A DNA stretch of 64,000 nucleotides, from positions 6,089,327-6,153,326 of the forward strand of contig OZ316897.1 in assembly GCA_973895155.1 (NCBI GenBank), read 5' to 3'. This DNA is from Marsupella aquatica. Its lineage: Eukaryota; Plantae; Marchantiophyta. The stretch's first letter is position 1, and each line of letters begins with the position of its first letter. Positions 21,905 to 34,944 of this stretch are shown one piece after another. The notes below the pieces were generated by a model. The model did not search any database. It was not told the origin of the DNA and saw only the letters and a list, made by a program, of their open reading frames with translations. A program made the translations under genes and the position numbers.

Positions 21905-23535
21905 ATGGATGAAATGTTCCGAATTTCATCTTGGAACGTTTGTGGTCTTTGCGAACCCAACAGGAAGCACGTTGTCAAGAATTGGGTCAAATCATTGAAG
22001 CAGCCCTTGAGCATTCTTGCACTCCAGGAGGTGAAGGCTGACCAGTTCAGACTGGATTTGGCCATGCGAGCTATTCTCCCTGATTTTCAACATTTCTCCT
22101 CTGCACCCGATGTGGGACGTGGTGGAACTGCACTGCTAATTCACCCGTCCTTGAAGGTGGTCGCATCTGGACTGCTAGATATGGGCAGAGCGGTATGGGC
22201 AGTAGTGGAAGAGGAATCTGGGAGATTTGGGGTTGCTAGCATTTATGCCCCTAACTCCTCTAGACTAAGAGCATTGCTATGGAATGACCTGAAGGTAGTA
22301 CTGCCACAAGAGAATTGGATCCTATGCGGTGACTTCAACATGACAGAACGGAGAGAGGATTCCACCGGCAATTCTCCCCTAATCAAAGGTAGGGAAGGCG
22401 AGTTCTGGCTGTTCCTTAAAATGAGGTTTGATTTGACTGATGCTTGGGAGATACGTGGTGGGGCTACTGGCCCCCGTTTTACTTGGAGGCGAATGCGGAA
22501 TGGGGACCTGATGCAGTCAAGGCTGGATCGATTCTACTTAAGTGAGCAGGGATAGTGGACAGGCGAAATTATGGAGCTCCTACACGATGGAGGGTCGGCT
22601 CTGTCTGACCATGATCCGGTGATACTGACTTTGCGACTCACAGGGACGGTGCTGGCAGGAGAGAGGGGGAAATTCAGGTTCTTTAGGGCCAATCCGGCTC
22701 TTTTGCGAAGGGAGGAGGACTTGCTACTCTTGGAGGGTGCCTGGAAGGCTGGCATTGTGAGCGAGGACCCCCATTTGCGCTTTGCCCTAGCCAGTGGAAG
22801 GCTACGGAGGAGGTACATTCAGCTACAAGCTAAACCTCGAACGGGTGAGGAAGAGCTAGCTTTCCTAAGGGCCAAATTGCGTTCCCTGAAACTATCAATC
22901 TTGGACTTTCATTCGGAGGATGCAATTCTGGAATACATGGATGCTGAAGACTCACTGCATGCATCGGAAATTGAGGAAGCTCTAAGAGGCCGAAGATTGG
23001 CCCGAGTGAAATGGCTGGGTGAAGGAGACGAATCCACCAAGTTCTTTTTTGCCACTGTGAAAGCAAAACGCTCGAGAGAGGCAATGTCCTCTCTGGTCAA
23101 AGATGATGGTAGCGTGATTACTGATCCTCGTTGCATTCTGGAGGAAGTGGAACGTTTCTGTAAGGATCTTTACTCGCCTCCTGATCCTTCACAGGCTGAG
23201 GTGTCTAAGCAAACGAGAGAACGAACGAGACTTTTGGGTCACACACGATTTGCCATTTCAGCTGCTGAGATATCACAAATGGAAGCACTGCCATCCGCAC
23301 AGAAGGTGAAAGATGTTCTATGGATGCTACCCTGCGACAAATCCCCTGGTCCGGATGGATTGACAGCGGAGGTATACAGAGCCTGTTGGGAATTCACTGG
23401 TAAGGACCTAATTGAAATGATCCAAGCATTTTGGCTCACTGGGGTGCTTGCTGCAGAGATTGGTGACGGCATCATCAAATTCATCCCTAAGAAATCTGAT
23501 AAGCGATTTCTTAAGGACTGGCGGCCACTTACAAT
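21905..23535 (+). pseudogene. L1 ORF2 5' half (AP endonuclease plus start of RT), cut off by LINE insertion
   Basis: SWNVCGL, LQE, GDFN, SRLDRFY, SDHDPV, KSPGPDG, WRPLT; in-frame TAG at 22553-22555. Confidence 0.93.
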
Positions 23536-25222
23536 GGTAATGGTAATGTATTATAAGCTCCGGGACCATGAAAGTCAAAGGAGCTGCCACAAAAAGTAAA
23601 GTACAATGCAATCAAAGAAAAGAGCAACCAAAAGAGATTGCTCAGAAGAGGATAACTATGTCCTCAAAGAAACTATGGACCTAGAGAGCCCTGAAAGATT
23701 TTCCAAACCTATTCTCCTTTCCCTATCCACCGCAAAGATATATCTTCTAAGTTGCTGAGGGGGCAGACCAAACAATGCATACAAATCTTTCACCAAGATT
23801 TGAGATGCCATCCTAACCCCTCATAAAACTTGCAAGCAATGAATACATGATATTCATTCTCTATATTAGAACTATCACATAGTTGACAAATTCTCTTTTT
23901 CCTGTCAATATCCTTCCATCTCCCTTGTTCTATTTCAAGGTGGTGTGAGCTTAGTCTATACTGAGCAATAAGTTGTCTAAGTTGTACTGAGATAGTGCTA
24001 GATAAATATTTTTGTTTTCGATATTTCTTCATGGGGTTCACATCTCTCATGTAGTATTGTTGTCGTGGGCTAGGTTCATGCCAAAGTTTGTGCAAAGCCT
24101 TTTGCTCAAGTTTTGCTCTTAGCTTGGTTGGGTGTGTTGGCCATTCATGTTCAGGAAAATCCCAAGCATGGGCCCACGTGCACACATTTGCATACCACCC
24201 TTTAGCTGAAAATGAACACAAGGCATGAAAAGTAAATCTGTTTTCCTCCAACTCTCTTACACGCATGATGTATTTGAGTGTGTGGAAGAATGCCTCCACC
24301 TCCAAAGGAAACAAGCCTGTCTCTGCAAGTGTAAGTGCATATGGGGTTTGTGACTTGATCCCAAGCTCCATCTCAAGAAATAGCTTTTGCAGCCCCTCAA
24401 TCTGTTGCCACCCAGATTTAGACACATCTGCTCCCCAAATTGATGCTCCATAAAGAATGACTGGTTTCACCAAAGCTCCAAAGAGATGTTTCCTTAACCT
24501 CCAAGTGTGTAGACCAGCTCTTTTGCATTTATTCATGAACGCATAAAATGCTCTGTACCCATTGGCAACCCTAGATTTTACACATGAAGCCCAACTCAAG
24601 TTTTGAGAGAACTCCACCCCAAGGTATTTGTAGGTCCTCACAAATTTCACCAGATTCCCTTGGAAGTAGAGCTCTGGATTTTGTCGTGTGCCAATGCCCA
24701 AACACTTGGTCTTCTTGAGGTTGACTACCATCCCTGTTGCTTGACAAAACTCCTCCAAGGCATTGAGATGTCTTTGCAAAGCTTCTTGAGCATGAGCAAG
24801 TAGGACCACATCATCTGCAAATATAAGAAGTTGGAGGACAAACCTACCCAATTGAGTGCCAACTCCACCATGCTCCTCCAAAATGTTGTGTAACTGATCA
24901 ATGAAGATGCCAAAGAGAGTTGGTGAGAGAGGACAACCTTGGATCACCCCAAGAGTGCTCCAGATTTCTTCAGAGGTTTCCTTTGAAAGTTTGATGCGCA
25001 CGTCTTGGTACAATTTAGAAACAGCCAACCTGAGCTCTTCAGGCACTTCCAACTCCACCATCCTATCCCAAAGCTTGGATCGGGAAACTTTGTCAAAGGC
25101 CTTGGAGAAGTCCACAAACAAGCAAAATAATGGTTTATGTGGAGATTTGGCCTTTTCACACAACACCCTCAAGCAGAGAATGTGATCCATAGTGCTGAAT
25201 TCTCTCCTAAAACCTGCTTGTG
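23533..25222 (-). mobile_element. 5'-truncated RTE-X-like LINE copy
   Basis: Tail from 23533; RT motifs QGCPLSP and FADD; more substitutions than other copies and a 1-bp deletion near 23818. Confidence 0.95.
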
Positions 25223-27509
25223 TCCTCAATTCTCTCATGGTTGTGTCCTCAATGTTGGTGAAGCCAATTAGTTATCACTTGTGTTTGTGTGGAAGATATG
25301 GATTGCAGGTACATAGGTGATCGATGGGGCTCACTTGCACCCTGTCAGGAGATCTTAGCACCTAAAAAGGTGTATATCAACCTTGTAGAACTCATGGCTA
25401 GCTAGAGTTAGGGGACCTTACTCCCAACTAGGGGGGCGATTGTGGGTTTTGGACATGTGTGGACATGGGTTCCATTTGGACTCCATTCTCTTAGGTTCGT
25501 GATGTTAGATTGTGACTATGCTTGGGTGTCTGTGACAAGCGATGTATGTTGTGTAGCGATGTGTATGCACACGACACTTCTCACCTGGCCGATCAGTAGC
25601 AGTCCTCCTCTTGAATCCAACAAAAAGGGCTAAAACAAGTGCTGGCAAAATCCTTCCTCTTATTTGGCCCCTTAATGAAAAGTAGGAATCTTAGGATAGG
25701 ACAAGCTTTGGCTGTGACAATTGAGGTGACAAGTAGGAAAAGCATGGGTCCCAGTATTGTAGCTTAGGCTTAGCGATAGGTTGCTATTAATTTGCTGTTG
25801 GACATTTTGTTGTTGGCTGTAGGTTTGATTAGTACTTGGTGGCACATCCCATTGGTAGAGGCAGGGGGGACTCTAGGTGTATTTTGAGGTTACATGGTGC
25901 ATGGGAAGTCCTGACCTTGGTCAGATAGAGAGCCCTAAGGGAATTTTGGCCATGAATGAGTTTGCAAGGCACGTGCAAGGCCAGGCCTTGTTGCGATCTG
26001 GAATAAATTGTAGTTAGGCTTGCTATGCTTTGAAGTTGGGTCAACTTAGTATGCAAGAACTCAACATTCAAAAGTAAAGTCCTTCCCAACTCATTTATTT
26101 GTGTAAACATGAGACTGAATGCACTAGGCTGCAAAGGGGCCAGTGAGAGTTGTACAATGAAGTGGAGACTAATGGTTGTATTGTTGAGATTAGTCGTGTA
26201 TTGTAATTGGGTTGGTAAAGTCGGGGATGCTTGGCCAAGAAGGGACTCTTGAGTGTTGTTGGGTGCACACTTAGGGTGGTATCTGCAAGCCTGAGTGACG
26301 ACTGGGGCCATTCGAGAATTACGTGGGGTTGTGTTATTTGGGGAGCGGCCAATTATTGTCAAACCTCCACATGTTCTATTCAACATCTCCGCCATCACTT
26401 CAAGCATGTAACCTTTGTCCAGGAGTTGGCTGATGCAATCAGCGAGAAGATCCCCCCGAAGATCCTCTATGTCATCATTGGACACAAGAGTCATTTACCC
26501 ACTATTGGAATTGAGGGGATCTATGCTCACGAACAGCAATCCCCCCTTGAAGCAGAGGATACAAAATTGTGAACCGATGGAAAATTGAAGTGCAACTATG
26601 CATTCTATTCAATGGTAAGAGAGCACATACGTGCCTTCGACCTTCGCATAATTACCCTAGTTGCTGCCCAGCTCCAGGGTTGTGGCAATGTTGGAATCCA
26701 CTAGAAATTGTGTTGCAGTGTGCCATTGATATGGCAGAGCAAATTCAGCCAGAATTGTGGACAAGTTGAAGCAAAGACAAGAGCTTTCAATGACAAGATG
26801 CCAAGTCCAGATCGCAAAGGAGCGCAACCTTATGAAGCAAGATGTTCAAAATTATGGCGACTCGAGGTCAACAAACTTATGTCCAAAGATTTTCCATTGC
26901 GGAGTGGACCTCCAAGAAGAGAGGGGGCAAATGCACGACAAGCGACCACGTCCTTGCTGGAGGTGGGACGCATGTCTACTTCAAATGGCATGCACAAAAG
27001 TGGCATAACCAACGGGGCTGCCCTCAATCCCATAGAGGCTTTTGCGCACCCTAAAAAAGCAGAGGAGGTGGGCTGTATTTAGTGTATAGCACAGGCCAAT
27101 GGTGTAACAGTTCAAGATGCTGCTCCAAGGGATACGGAAATTTCATTTCCAGTGCCATAAACAGAGCAGCTTCATCAATCTACATTTTAATTACGAAAGA
27201 TATCCAAAAACCATGTGTTTTTTGCACGGGAAAAATTGTAGAAACCGGCACGTTTGTATTAAAAAATTGTGAGTAAAGAGATTTTCCGTCTGTGAAAAGC
27301 ATCGAGAAAAGTCTCTCACCACTGCCAAATTCGACGCTTCACTATGAATTCCTGTGTCCCAAAGAATAAACTCTTCTAGTTACAATATGAGCCGCACGCT
27401 ATATAGGAAAGCGAATTAAAACAGAATGCCTGGGAAGCTGCAACCATGGCAGTCCTTTACAACAACTGGACAATTTTGAACCCTCAACCTTCTACCTGAT
27501 CACTCAAAG

Positions 27510-28124
27510 TCATTTGTTGGACACGAAAGTTTCAAAGCAATGCAAACCATCGAACTGCGGCGCAATGGCCAGACCACGAATTTTGGGCACCGACTTCTCC
27601 GTTGCCATCGGCTCTGTGACCGATCTGGGATATTTCCCAGTCGATACAATTGTCTCAAAGCACTCCAGACCATCGAACTGCGGCGCAACAGACAAATTCC
27701 AGCTTTCTGTGTCTACGACTTTCACCGATTTTCTGGCATGTTTGCCAATCCTTACAATTGTCTCGAAGCACTCCAGACCATCGAACTGCGGTGTGCACGC
27801 CAGAACTATTCTTCCATCTTCTGAGGCATTCGGCTTGAAGCCGTCACGCCTAGCGGCTTCAGACAATTCTTTCTCGGCAGCTAGAGCTTTCTGCGGGAAA
27901 CAATTACCGAAATCTTAGAAGTTTAAAAAAAATTGCAGATAATTTGACACTTCACAAGTAGAAAACCACAAATTCGACTGCGAGGATAGATGCGAGAGAC
28001 CCTGCTTAACAAAATCCCGTCATCCCACCTTCCCGGCAAAATCGACTCCACTTGACAAAAATCCGGTTAAGACGGCAAAGGCACAACCGCTGCTAACACT
28101 CTTCAATCCTTGAAACGCAGCCAT
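27510..28124 (-). CDS. Small plant protein (about 158 aa) with three PQFDGL(E/H)CFET(I/F)V motifs; exons 28124-28029 and 27890-27510
   Basis: ATG 28124, phase-0 GT donor at 28028, tttcccgcag acceptor ending 27891, open frame to TGA 27510. The motif resembles the C-terminal 'P(E/Q)FDGL.CFET.V' of small uncharacterised plant proteins. Exon 1 is less certain than exon 2. Confidence 0.7.
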
Positions 28125-28839
28125 CTTCCGTTACCGGATCGAGCTTCAACAGAGCGCTGAACTTAACCCACGTTACGAGAATTCAATGTGATCGATCGAC
28201 AGTTACTCGCACTCGTTCAAGTTCCGTCCGATACGAATTCCAGAACTGAGCTTTCACTCGAGAAATCCGCGCTTGTGTCTCCACCCATACAAGACGGAAA
28301 TGTATCGAACGAACGCTTCAATTGCGTGAACCGCTAGCAGACGAGAATTCACAGAAGCTGCTGCTGAGCGACGAAATACCATAAGAAGAAAGAGTGAGAG
28401 AAGCAAGTTAAACAGATAAGAGTACGCGAGCAAGAATCAACATATGAATCGAACGTATTGGTACAAATGAAGTAGTGTAACCAGTCATGTGCTACAGTTG
28501 CGGTCACGACGGGGCAGGTCTCTAAAATGCCACTGGAGGGGATCAACTTACTCTAGCTCGTAAACCATGATCACTGACGACCTAGTTCATGGTACAGAAC
28601 TACAGATCCAAGTCACGGCACTTGGCACTCTAGTAGGGCGTCTCAAAATTAACTTTTTTGGCCCGATTTGCCTGACCGCGGTTCAGTCCGACGGCCCGCG
28701 GCCCTTTCTGGTCGGTCAGCTGTTTTAGAGTCTGCACCTACTGCCGGGACCGGGACAGACCAGCGACCGGGACAGGCCAGCCTGAGGTTACCGGACGTGA
28801 CTGTGGTTTGCAGCATCGCTGCAGCTTGAGAGTTGTGCG

Positions 28840-29260
28840 AAGCTTGTCGTCCAAGCTGCCTAATGCTCTGAATGTTGTCGATGCCCGATGCTGCTGTGAG
28901 CCTCGTGAAGGTTGTCGATGCTGCTCAAGCTGCATAGTGCTCTGAATGTCAAGGCTGCCCGACGCTGTTGTGAGCTTCGTGAATGCTGGTTGCGCCTTTG
29001 AAGGTCGTCAATGCTGCTCTGATTGGCATTGAAGCTCGCTCTGAACGTCAAGGCTGCGTGAAGGTCGTCGATGCTAGCTGCTCAACCTGCATAGTGCTCT
29101 GAAGGTCGTCGATGCTGCTCAAGCTGCATAGTGCTCTGAACAATAAGGCTGCCCGATGCTACTGTGACCCTCGTGAATCAAAAATTGCGCTTTGAAGGTC
29201 CCTGATGCTCCTCTGAAACGCTCTGAAGCTCGCTCTGAACGTCAAGGCTGCGTGAAGGTT
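28840..29260 (+). repeat. Irregular tandem repeats in Harbinger left arm
   Basis: Recurrent gaaggtcgtcgatgctgctcaagctgcatagtgctctgaa and gctctgaacgtcaaggctgcgtgaagg. Confidence 0.8.
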
Positions 29261-29619
29261 GAGGCTGCGTCGGCAGGTGATTGCTGCATCCTGCATCCTG
29301 TTCGTGAAGGTCCATGTTGCATCGTGCGGTGAAGGTTTCTTTAGCAACGACATTTAGGTTCCTGTGAAGCGAGAGGCTTCAGTGCTTTGGTGAAGCGCGA
29401 GTTGCAAGCTAGCTTCGACAACGACATTGTGGTGTGCAGTTCTTCTTGCCATTTTTTACCCAAGTTCTCCCTTGTTCTACAGTTGCTTCTACTGTGCATT
29501 GTGTCGCGCATGCTGTTTGATTCTCCACATACTTGAATGCTCTACTCTGTTCTGCTTAGTGTATTCAAATGTCTGTCATGCTCTGCTCAATGTCCACTCT
29601 CCTTTTGTTCCTCCAGGCA

Positions 29620-30252
29620 ATGGCTGAATGGACTTCACTCACAGACATCGAGGAGAACAGGGTTTCAGGGAAAGTTGAATATTTTAGAGCTAATGTTTGG
29701 GTTGGGAACTATGTTGCCCGAAATCCCTACCCTAGGAAATTCACTTATTTATCCTGCCCGTATCTAGATACTGCTACTGGTGTTCCTTGTGGAAAATCCT
29801 TGGAATTTGGACCCCGATGTGGCCATAACCTGCCAGGAGTCCATAAATTCAGGTTCCAATTGATTTTGTTTGATGCCGTCCATGCTGCTTGCAAGCCATT
29901 GCGAGCTCAAATATGGGATAGTGCATCGATTCTACTCAATTCCTCTGCACTCGACTTTTCAAAGATGTCTGAACACATTCAGATGGGGACAATCCAAGCA
30001 ATTGTGCAAAAATGCCCCAGATTGCATGTTACCATATCCGTGAAGGATCTGGAGTTGCACATCCAGAGAGTTTCGCTCCTTGATGATATCTGTCAGAGTC
30101 CTGTGCAGTACAGGCACAAGACACCAGCAAGTCCTACTCAGGTCACTCCTGCCAAGGCAGAGACTTCTCGCACCCCACAGAAACCTAAAAGTGCAAAGAA
30201 GATCTTGGCTGATCTTATTGTGGCCTTGCAGGGCACAGACTTAGAGGATTAA
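29620..30252 (+). CDS. RPA70 C-terminal-like Zn-binding OB-fold protein (Harbinger cargo)
   Basis: YLSCP..CGKSL..RCGH..FRFQLILFD..AQIWDSASILLNSSALDF parallels RPA1 DBD-C Y.ACP..C.KK..C..C..RY.L....D....F...AE..LG.SA.EL. Confidence 0.65.
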   Translation: MAEWTSLTDIEENRVSGKVEYFRANVWVGNYVARNPYPRKFTYLSCPYLDTATGVPCGKSLEFGPRCGHNLPGVHKFRFQLILFDAVHAACKPLRAQIWDSASILLNSSALDFSKMSEHIQMGTIQAIVQKCPRLHVTISVKDLELHIQRVSLLDDICQSPVQYRHKTPASPTQVTPAKAETSRTPQKPKSAKKILADLIVALQGTDLED

Positions 30253-30489
30253 ATGTACTAGTATCATATCTATGTAGTATGTAGTTACATAGTATGTAAT
30301 GTTTGAGGCCTTTGAATGAAATTGAAATTTTCCAACATTTCTTTGCTGCTTTGTTGTGAATGTGGGTCATGTGCATTTTTGAGCTTTAATTACCTTCCGA
30401 ATTTAGATGGTTGCTAGCATGAATGTGTTGTGTTGTAAAGTATGTCCTCTATGACATACAACTGTCTTGTCTCCAGGATTGTCAGCACC

Positions 30490-32009
30490 ATGCCTCGAGT
30501 ATCTGATCGCCAGAAGCACTTGAGACTGGTGAAGCAAAAAGTGCAATTAAACATCATGTTGCATAGCTCTGGGAGCGATTCCGATGGTGGAAGTAGTGAC
30601 AGCTCTTTGAGGTCACTCGAGCGCTTTGATTGCATCAACCCTCCTCAGTATTCCAGCAGCAGTGGGTCAGGAGCGAATGTGGATGATTCCTCTGACTCTG
30701 ACGAAGAAGATGATTGTGAAGAGGCACAAAATGTAGCTGACTTTTCTGAGCTTTATTTTTTGATGTATAACACTCGCTACTTAGTTCCTCGTCACATAAG
30801 TGTAAAGTCAAATGAGTTTGCAACACAGTTTTTTCACAACTTGCCTGATCGATTGTTTAGACAAATGACAAGGATGGACAAGAGGTCCTTTTTCCACCTC
30901 CTCGAATTGATAGAGCCTCACCCAATCTTCAAGAATGAGTCTAGACATTTGCAAACACCTATTGTGAGGCAGCTGGCTGTCTGTCTCGACCGTCTTGGGC
31001 ATGATGGCAATGGTGCTTGCCTGAATCACCTTATCCCAACCTGGGGCGTCAGCAGTGGAACTTTGGTGCATTTCTCAAAGCGGTGCTTTCTTGCACTTGA
31101 GGATGCACTGAAAGACCAGATTCAATGGCCAACAAGGAGGGACCGTGTAGAGATCCTGGAAGCATTTGGCAAACTTGGCTTTCGTGGATGTTTGGGCCTC
31201 ATAGATGGATCACTCTTACCACTGACTCAGCGACCACACCACCATGGAGAGTGCTACTATGATCGAAAATGCAGGTATTCCGTGAATGTTCAAGTCATTT
31301 GTGACCACAGACGGAAGATTCTCTTCATGTTCACAGGTAAGTACTTCCACTTTGTTATTACATGTATTATTAATTAGGACTTCGGGTTTAGAAGGTTGTA
31401 GCGTAAATTGTGCTCTGTATTTGTTTTGCAGGAATGCCTGGTTCCTGCTCCGACCTCACATGTTTGAGGAAATCACCCCTGTGGGGTTATTGCTCTGGTG
31501 TTGGAAGTACCCACATTTTTGAAGAAGACCAATACTTGCTTGGGGATTCTGGTTATCAAGCGTTGCCTCATCTTGTTTGTGCTTTTAAGAGGGCAGACCT
31601 TGTGTCTGACAAAGAAGACTTCAATACATGTGTTGCTAAAGCTCGTGTCACAAATGAACATTGCATTGGGGTTTTAAAATCTTGTTGGCATTCTTTGAAA
31701 GAAGTCAGAGTTCAGCTAAATGAAAAGAAGGATAGTGCATGGATGGTGAGATGGGTCACGGTTTGTGGAAAACTCCACAACTATGTCTTGAGCCAAAATG
31801 ATGAATGGACCAGTAGTGACGACGCAGAAATTGACATTACAACAGAGGAAGGTCCACAAGCAGAAGCAGAACCAGAGGGGAGGGGTCCAGACCCTCAACA
31901 CGTTTCTAGGCGTGGAGTTACTGCTGTGGGCAATGCTCTGCTAGTGAGGGTCATGGATGAGGCTCTCAAACTTCATTGTAGACCTGGGGGTTTTTTGTTC
32001 TCTGAATGA
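30490..32009 (+). CDS. Harbinger DDE transposase (HARBI1/DDE_Tnp_4 type), intron 31337-31431, about 474 aa
   Basis: GLIDGS, YYDRK..YSVNVQVICD, G-MPGSCSD across a gtaagt..tttgcag intron, LLGDSGY, RVTNEHCIGVLK. Confidence 0.95.
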
Positions 32010-32811
32010 GGTATGGGGAAGACATACTGCGACCTTTATACCCTCCAATACTTGGTTCATTATGGAAGTGGTGCCCCTGTTTTGTTACATGATATGTTGT
32101 AACAATGTGAATTTCTGACTGTTCGAGCCTTCTGGCCTTGTGCAGGTTGAGCCCGGTTGTGCCTGAATGGTATTTGAAGTTTACTTAGGACCATTCAGTT
32201 CCCAACATTCTGTTTAGGAGTATTCATATTTCATATACAGATAGGGCAGCACAGACCTATGCATACTAGACAGATATATAAGACCTCCCACTTCAATCCA
32301 GGTTAGGATATAGTTTGTCATACAAGTTTTGATGGTTCTCGCCAGTGTTCAGCTGTGAGCAAAGACATGGAGTATTTAATAAAGGGCCTTCATGCAAGTA
32401 GCATTTTTGCCAACATTTATCAGAGAGCACTGATTGTACCATGAATGGACTCGCATTTGGCTTCTAGTGTCTGCATTTGGGGACAGCCGATTGTTGAAGT
32501 ACTTTGTGAATAAACTCAATGTCAATTGAGGCACATCATACAAAGGTGTACAGGACAGCACACAGAGTATGGCAAAGTTCAAGTAGTCAACTTAATGCAA
32601 CAGCGCAAGGTACAATGAATGTGAATGCTTCACATTAATGAGCAAAATTGCACAGGCGCCTTCAAAATTGGCATTGGTCTGGAATTAAAGTAGCCTGTGC
32701 TACTAACACGAACTCTACATTCGAGGCCTAATGCTGATTACTATTCATAGACTACATTGGCATAATCTATGCCCAAACTGCATCTCAGCCTCACCCAATC
32801 TTCAGTTCTTC

Positions 32812-34181
32812 CTACAACACATCTCCAGTGTCACGAGTGTTGGTTGCAGTTGGATCTCCAGGAATTAAACTCATCAGGTCTCTGATCTCTTCTCGACTCC
32901 TATTGGACTTTAAAAGTTCAGTTAACATGAAGTTGGCCTGTTGGGTTTGCAGCATAGCCAATTGGTGTAAATGGTCCGCTCTAGCCCGTTTCTCATCTGC
33001 TCTTCTTTGGATGCGATCTCTCTTCAGGGTCTGAAGTGCTACAATCTCCCTGGCCTCTCGCCTATCAGCAAGTTCTTCAGTTCTCCACTTATCCTTCACT
33101 ATAATCATATGTTGCCGATATGAGTTCTTCTCTACTATCTTGTCTGCATATAATTCAGCCAAATTAGGCCTTGAAGTTGCTTGCGAATTGGCAGGCCTCT
33201 TACCCGGTCTCCTTGAGGCAGAAGTGTTCCATTGTGCAGTGGGATTTGGAACAGGACCACCATCCGACCCTGGAATTTCCGAATTGGCTGTTGGCACTGC
33301 AGGTGGCTGTTCAGTGGTTTGCTCTGATTGGCATGGCCCAAAGGCAGCTGGGTGAGCCTCTTCAGTGGCCTGGCTAATGTCCGGTTCTGGTCGTGAGTGC
33401 AGATGTTCAGACTCAACCTCAAAAGCCGATGTGAAATCAAATTGGGAATCAGGCTCTCCTGCACAATAAAGGCATCCATTTTTACGCCATTGTAAATGAC
33501 ACGCTTCATGCTCATCAGGAAATACCCAAAACAACAACATTCTTGGACAGTAAACATACCTATATGCTCATCATTTTCGGCAGATTCATCCTCATCATCG
33601 GATGGGTGGATGTAAAGCTCAGGCACTCCCGGTAAGCCTGCTGTTCCCGTGCTTGGAGGTTGAACATTGGCACGCTCTCCATATAGAGCATGCATACGAT
33701 CAAAGTGAGGGCAGATCTTTTCAAGCTTATCCTCCAGTGTGATTCCCGCACGTAGCTCTCCCAAGGTCACCCCTGCACCTGAATCAGATTTAATTGCCAA
33801 GGCCTCCTTGTATTTCTTTACGTAATGATTGAATCGTTTCCCCAAGTTCTCCCCTGTGGTTACAAATCGCGGAAATCCGTTGGAGTGTAAGATCACTAAC
33901 ATCAGCTTGAAGAAAGTCTTTTTGTTGGGATGTCTTACCCCAACTGCCAGACGACGACTTGACCCATTCAGCATAGCAAAATTATCAGGATCTTCAAGCC
34001 ATTCGACGATCTTAAGCAGATGCTCTGGCCTGAGTTTCTGATTGTCTCCACACTGGTTCTGATGCGCGGATGGGGGCGCCATCGTTTCCTGAGCTGAAGT
34101 TTGTTGTGAATCAGGAACAAGGAATGGCGACTGCGATGTTCCAATTTGGCCACCCTCAGCACATGACTGACGATTGTCCAT
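32812..34181 (-). CDS. Harbinger second protein (Myb/SANT-like DNA-binding), intron 33559-33459, about 422 aa
   Basis: IVEWLEDPDNF...KYKEA...SGAGVT...LEKICPHFDRMHALYGERAN; a GT..AG intron joins the two ORFs in frame; charged helical C-terminus; convergent with the transposase. Confidence 0.8.
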
Positions 34182-34267
34182 GATGCGCGCCCACGTTAAG
34201 AAGAAGACGAGAATCAAAATTGCGTCACAATTTGGTTGGCAAACTGAGAGGGGGAACATGCGATTTG

Positions 34268-34350
34268 AAACTGGCAAAAACGAGTTCAAAAACGAGACTG
34301 GCAAAAACGAGTTCAAAAACGAGACTGGAAAAAACGGCGCAGTTCAAAAG
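34268..34350 (+). repeat. 27-bp subterminal tandem repeat, about 3 copies
   Basis: actggcaaaaacgagttcaaaaacgag repeated. Confidence 0.85.
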
Positions 34351-34944
34351 AGCCCTCTGTATTGACAGGCCTCGGTCGGCAGTTTAGGGGAGTCTTAACC
34401 CAAGGTACGCTACCCACACCTGCGGCCGCAGCACCACTCAATTTTAAGTACCCCCTGGACACTGTGCCCGACACTCGTGACGCGGCCTGACTTTCGGTAA
34501 CCCCTTTTTGCCGTCGGACGTCCGAAATGCTCTTTAAATAACTTAATTTTGAGACGCCCTAGTATGCCGAGAAGACCGTGACCGTTACCAAGGTGGCAAA
34601 GAAGGCCGCGGCTCCCAATTGCTAAATTTGAATGATCCTCCAGCAAAGCACTGTGCTCTATCTAATAATCGAAGCTTCTAAGTTGTTCCTTCGTTTTGGA
34701 CTCGCAACCGTCGGTCAGTGGTGATACAATAAGCACTACGTAGTAAGCTTATACCGTGTTTTTCTGTTCCTGTAAGAGCCACCCTTCCCGCGTTGACAAG
34801 CGTCGAACGGTCTGCCGGTGGCAGGGAAGGAGCCTCAGACAGAGTAATTGTAGTCCTTCGGATTGAGCCCCATCTACGGTCATTAGTAAAGCCCAGAGGA
34901 ACTCAAAACTAACAAGGAGACTGCGGACCCATATCTTTTGCATA

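Larger units (their letters stand above)
28635..34560. mobile_element. PIF/Harbinger DNA transposon, apparently intact, three genes
   Basis: 18-bp perfect TIR agggcgtctcaaaattaa; AGT on both flanks (3-bp TSD; TA is an alternative reading). Confidence 0.93.

Noticed and set aside
25829-26900. ORF 25829..26494 and neighbouring frames as a gene
   Set aside because: No recognisable motif; looks like degenerate TE sequence.
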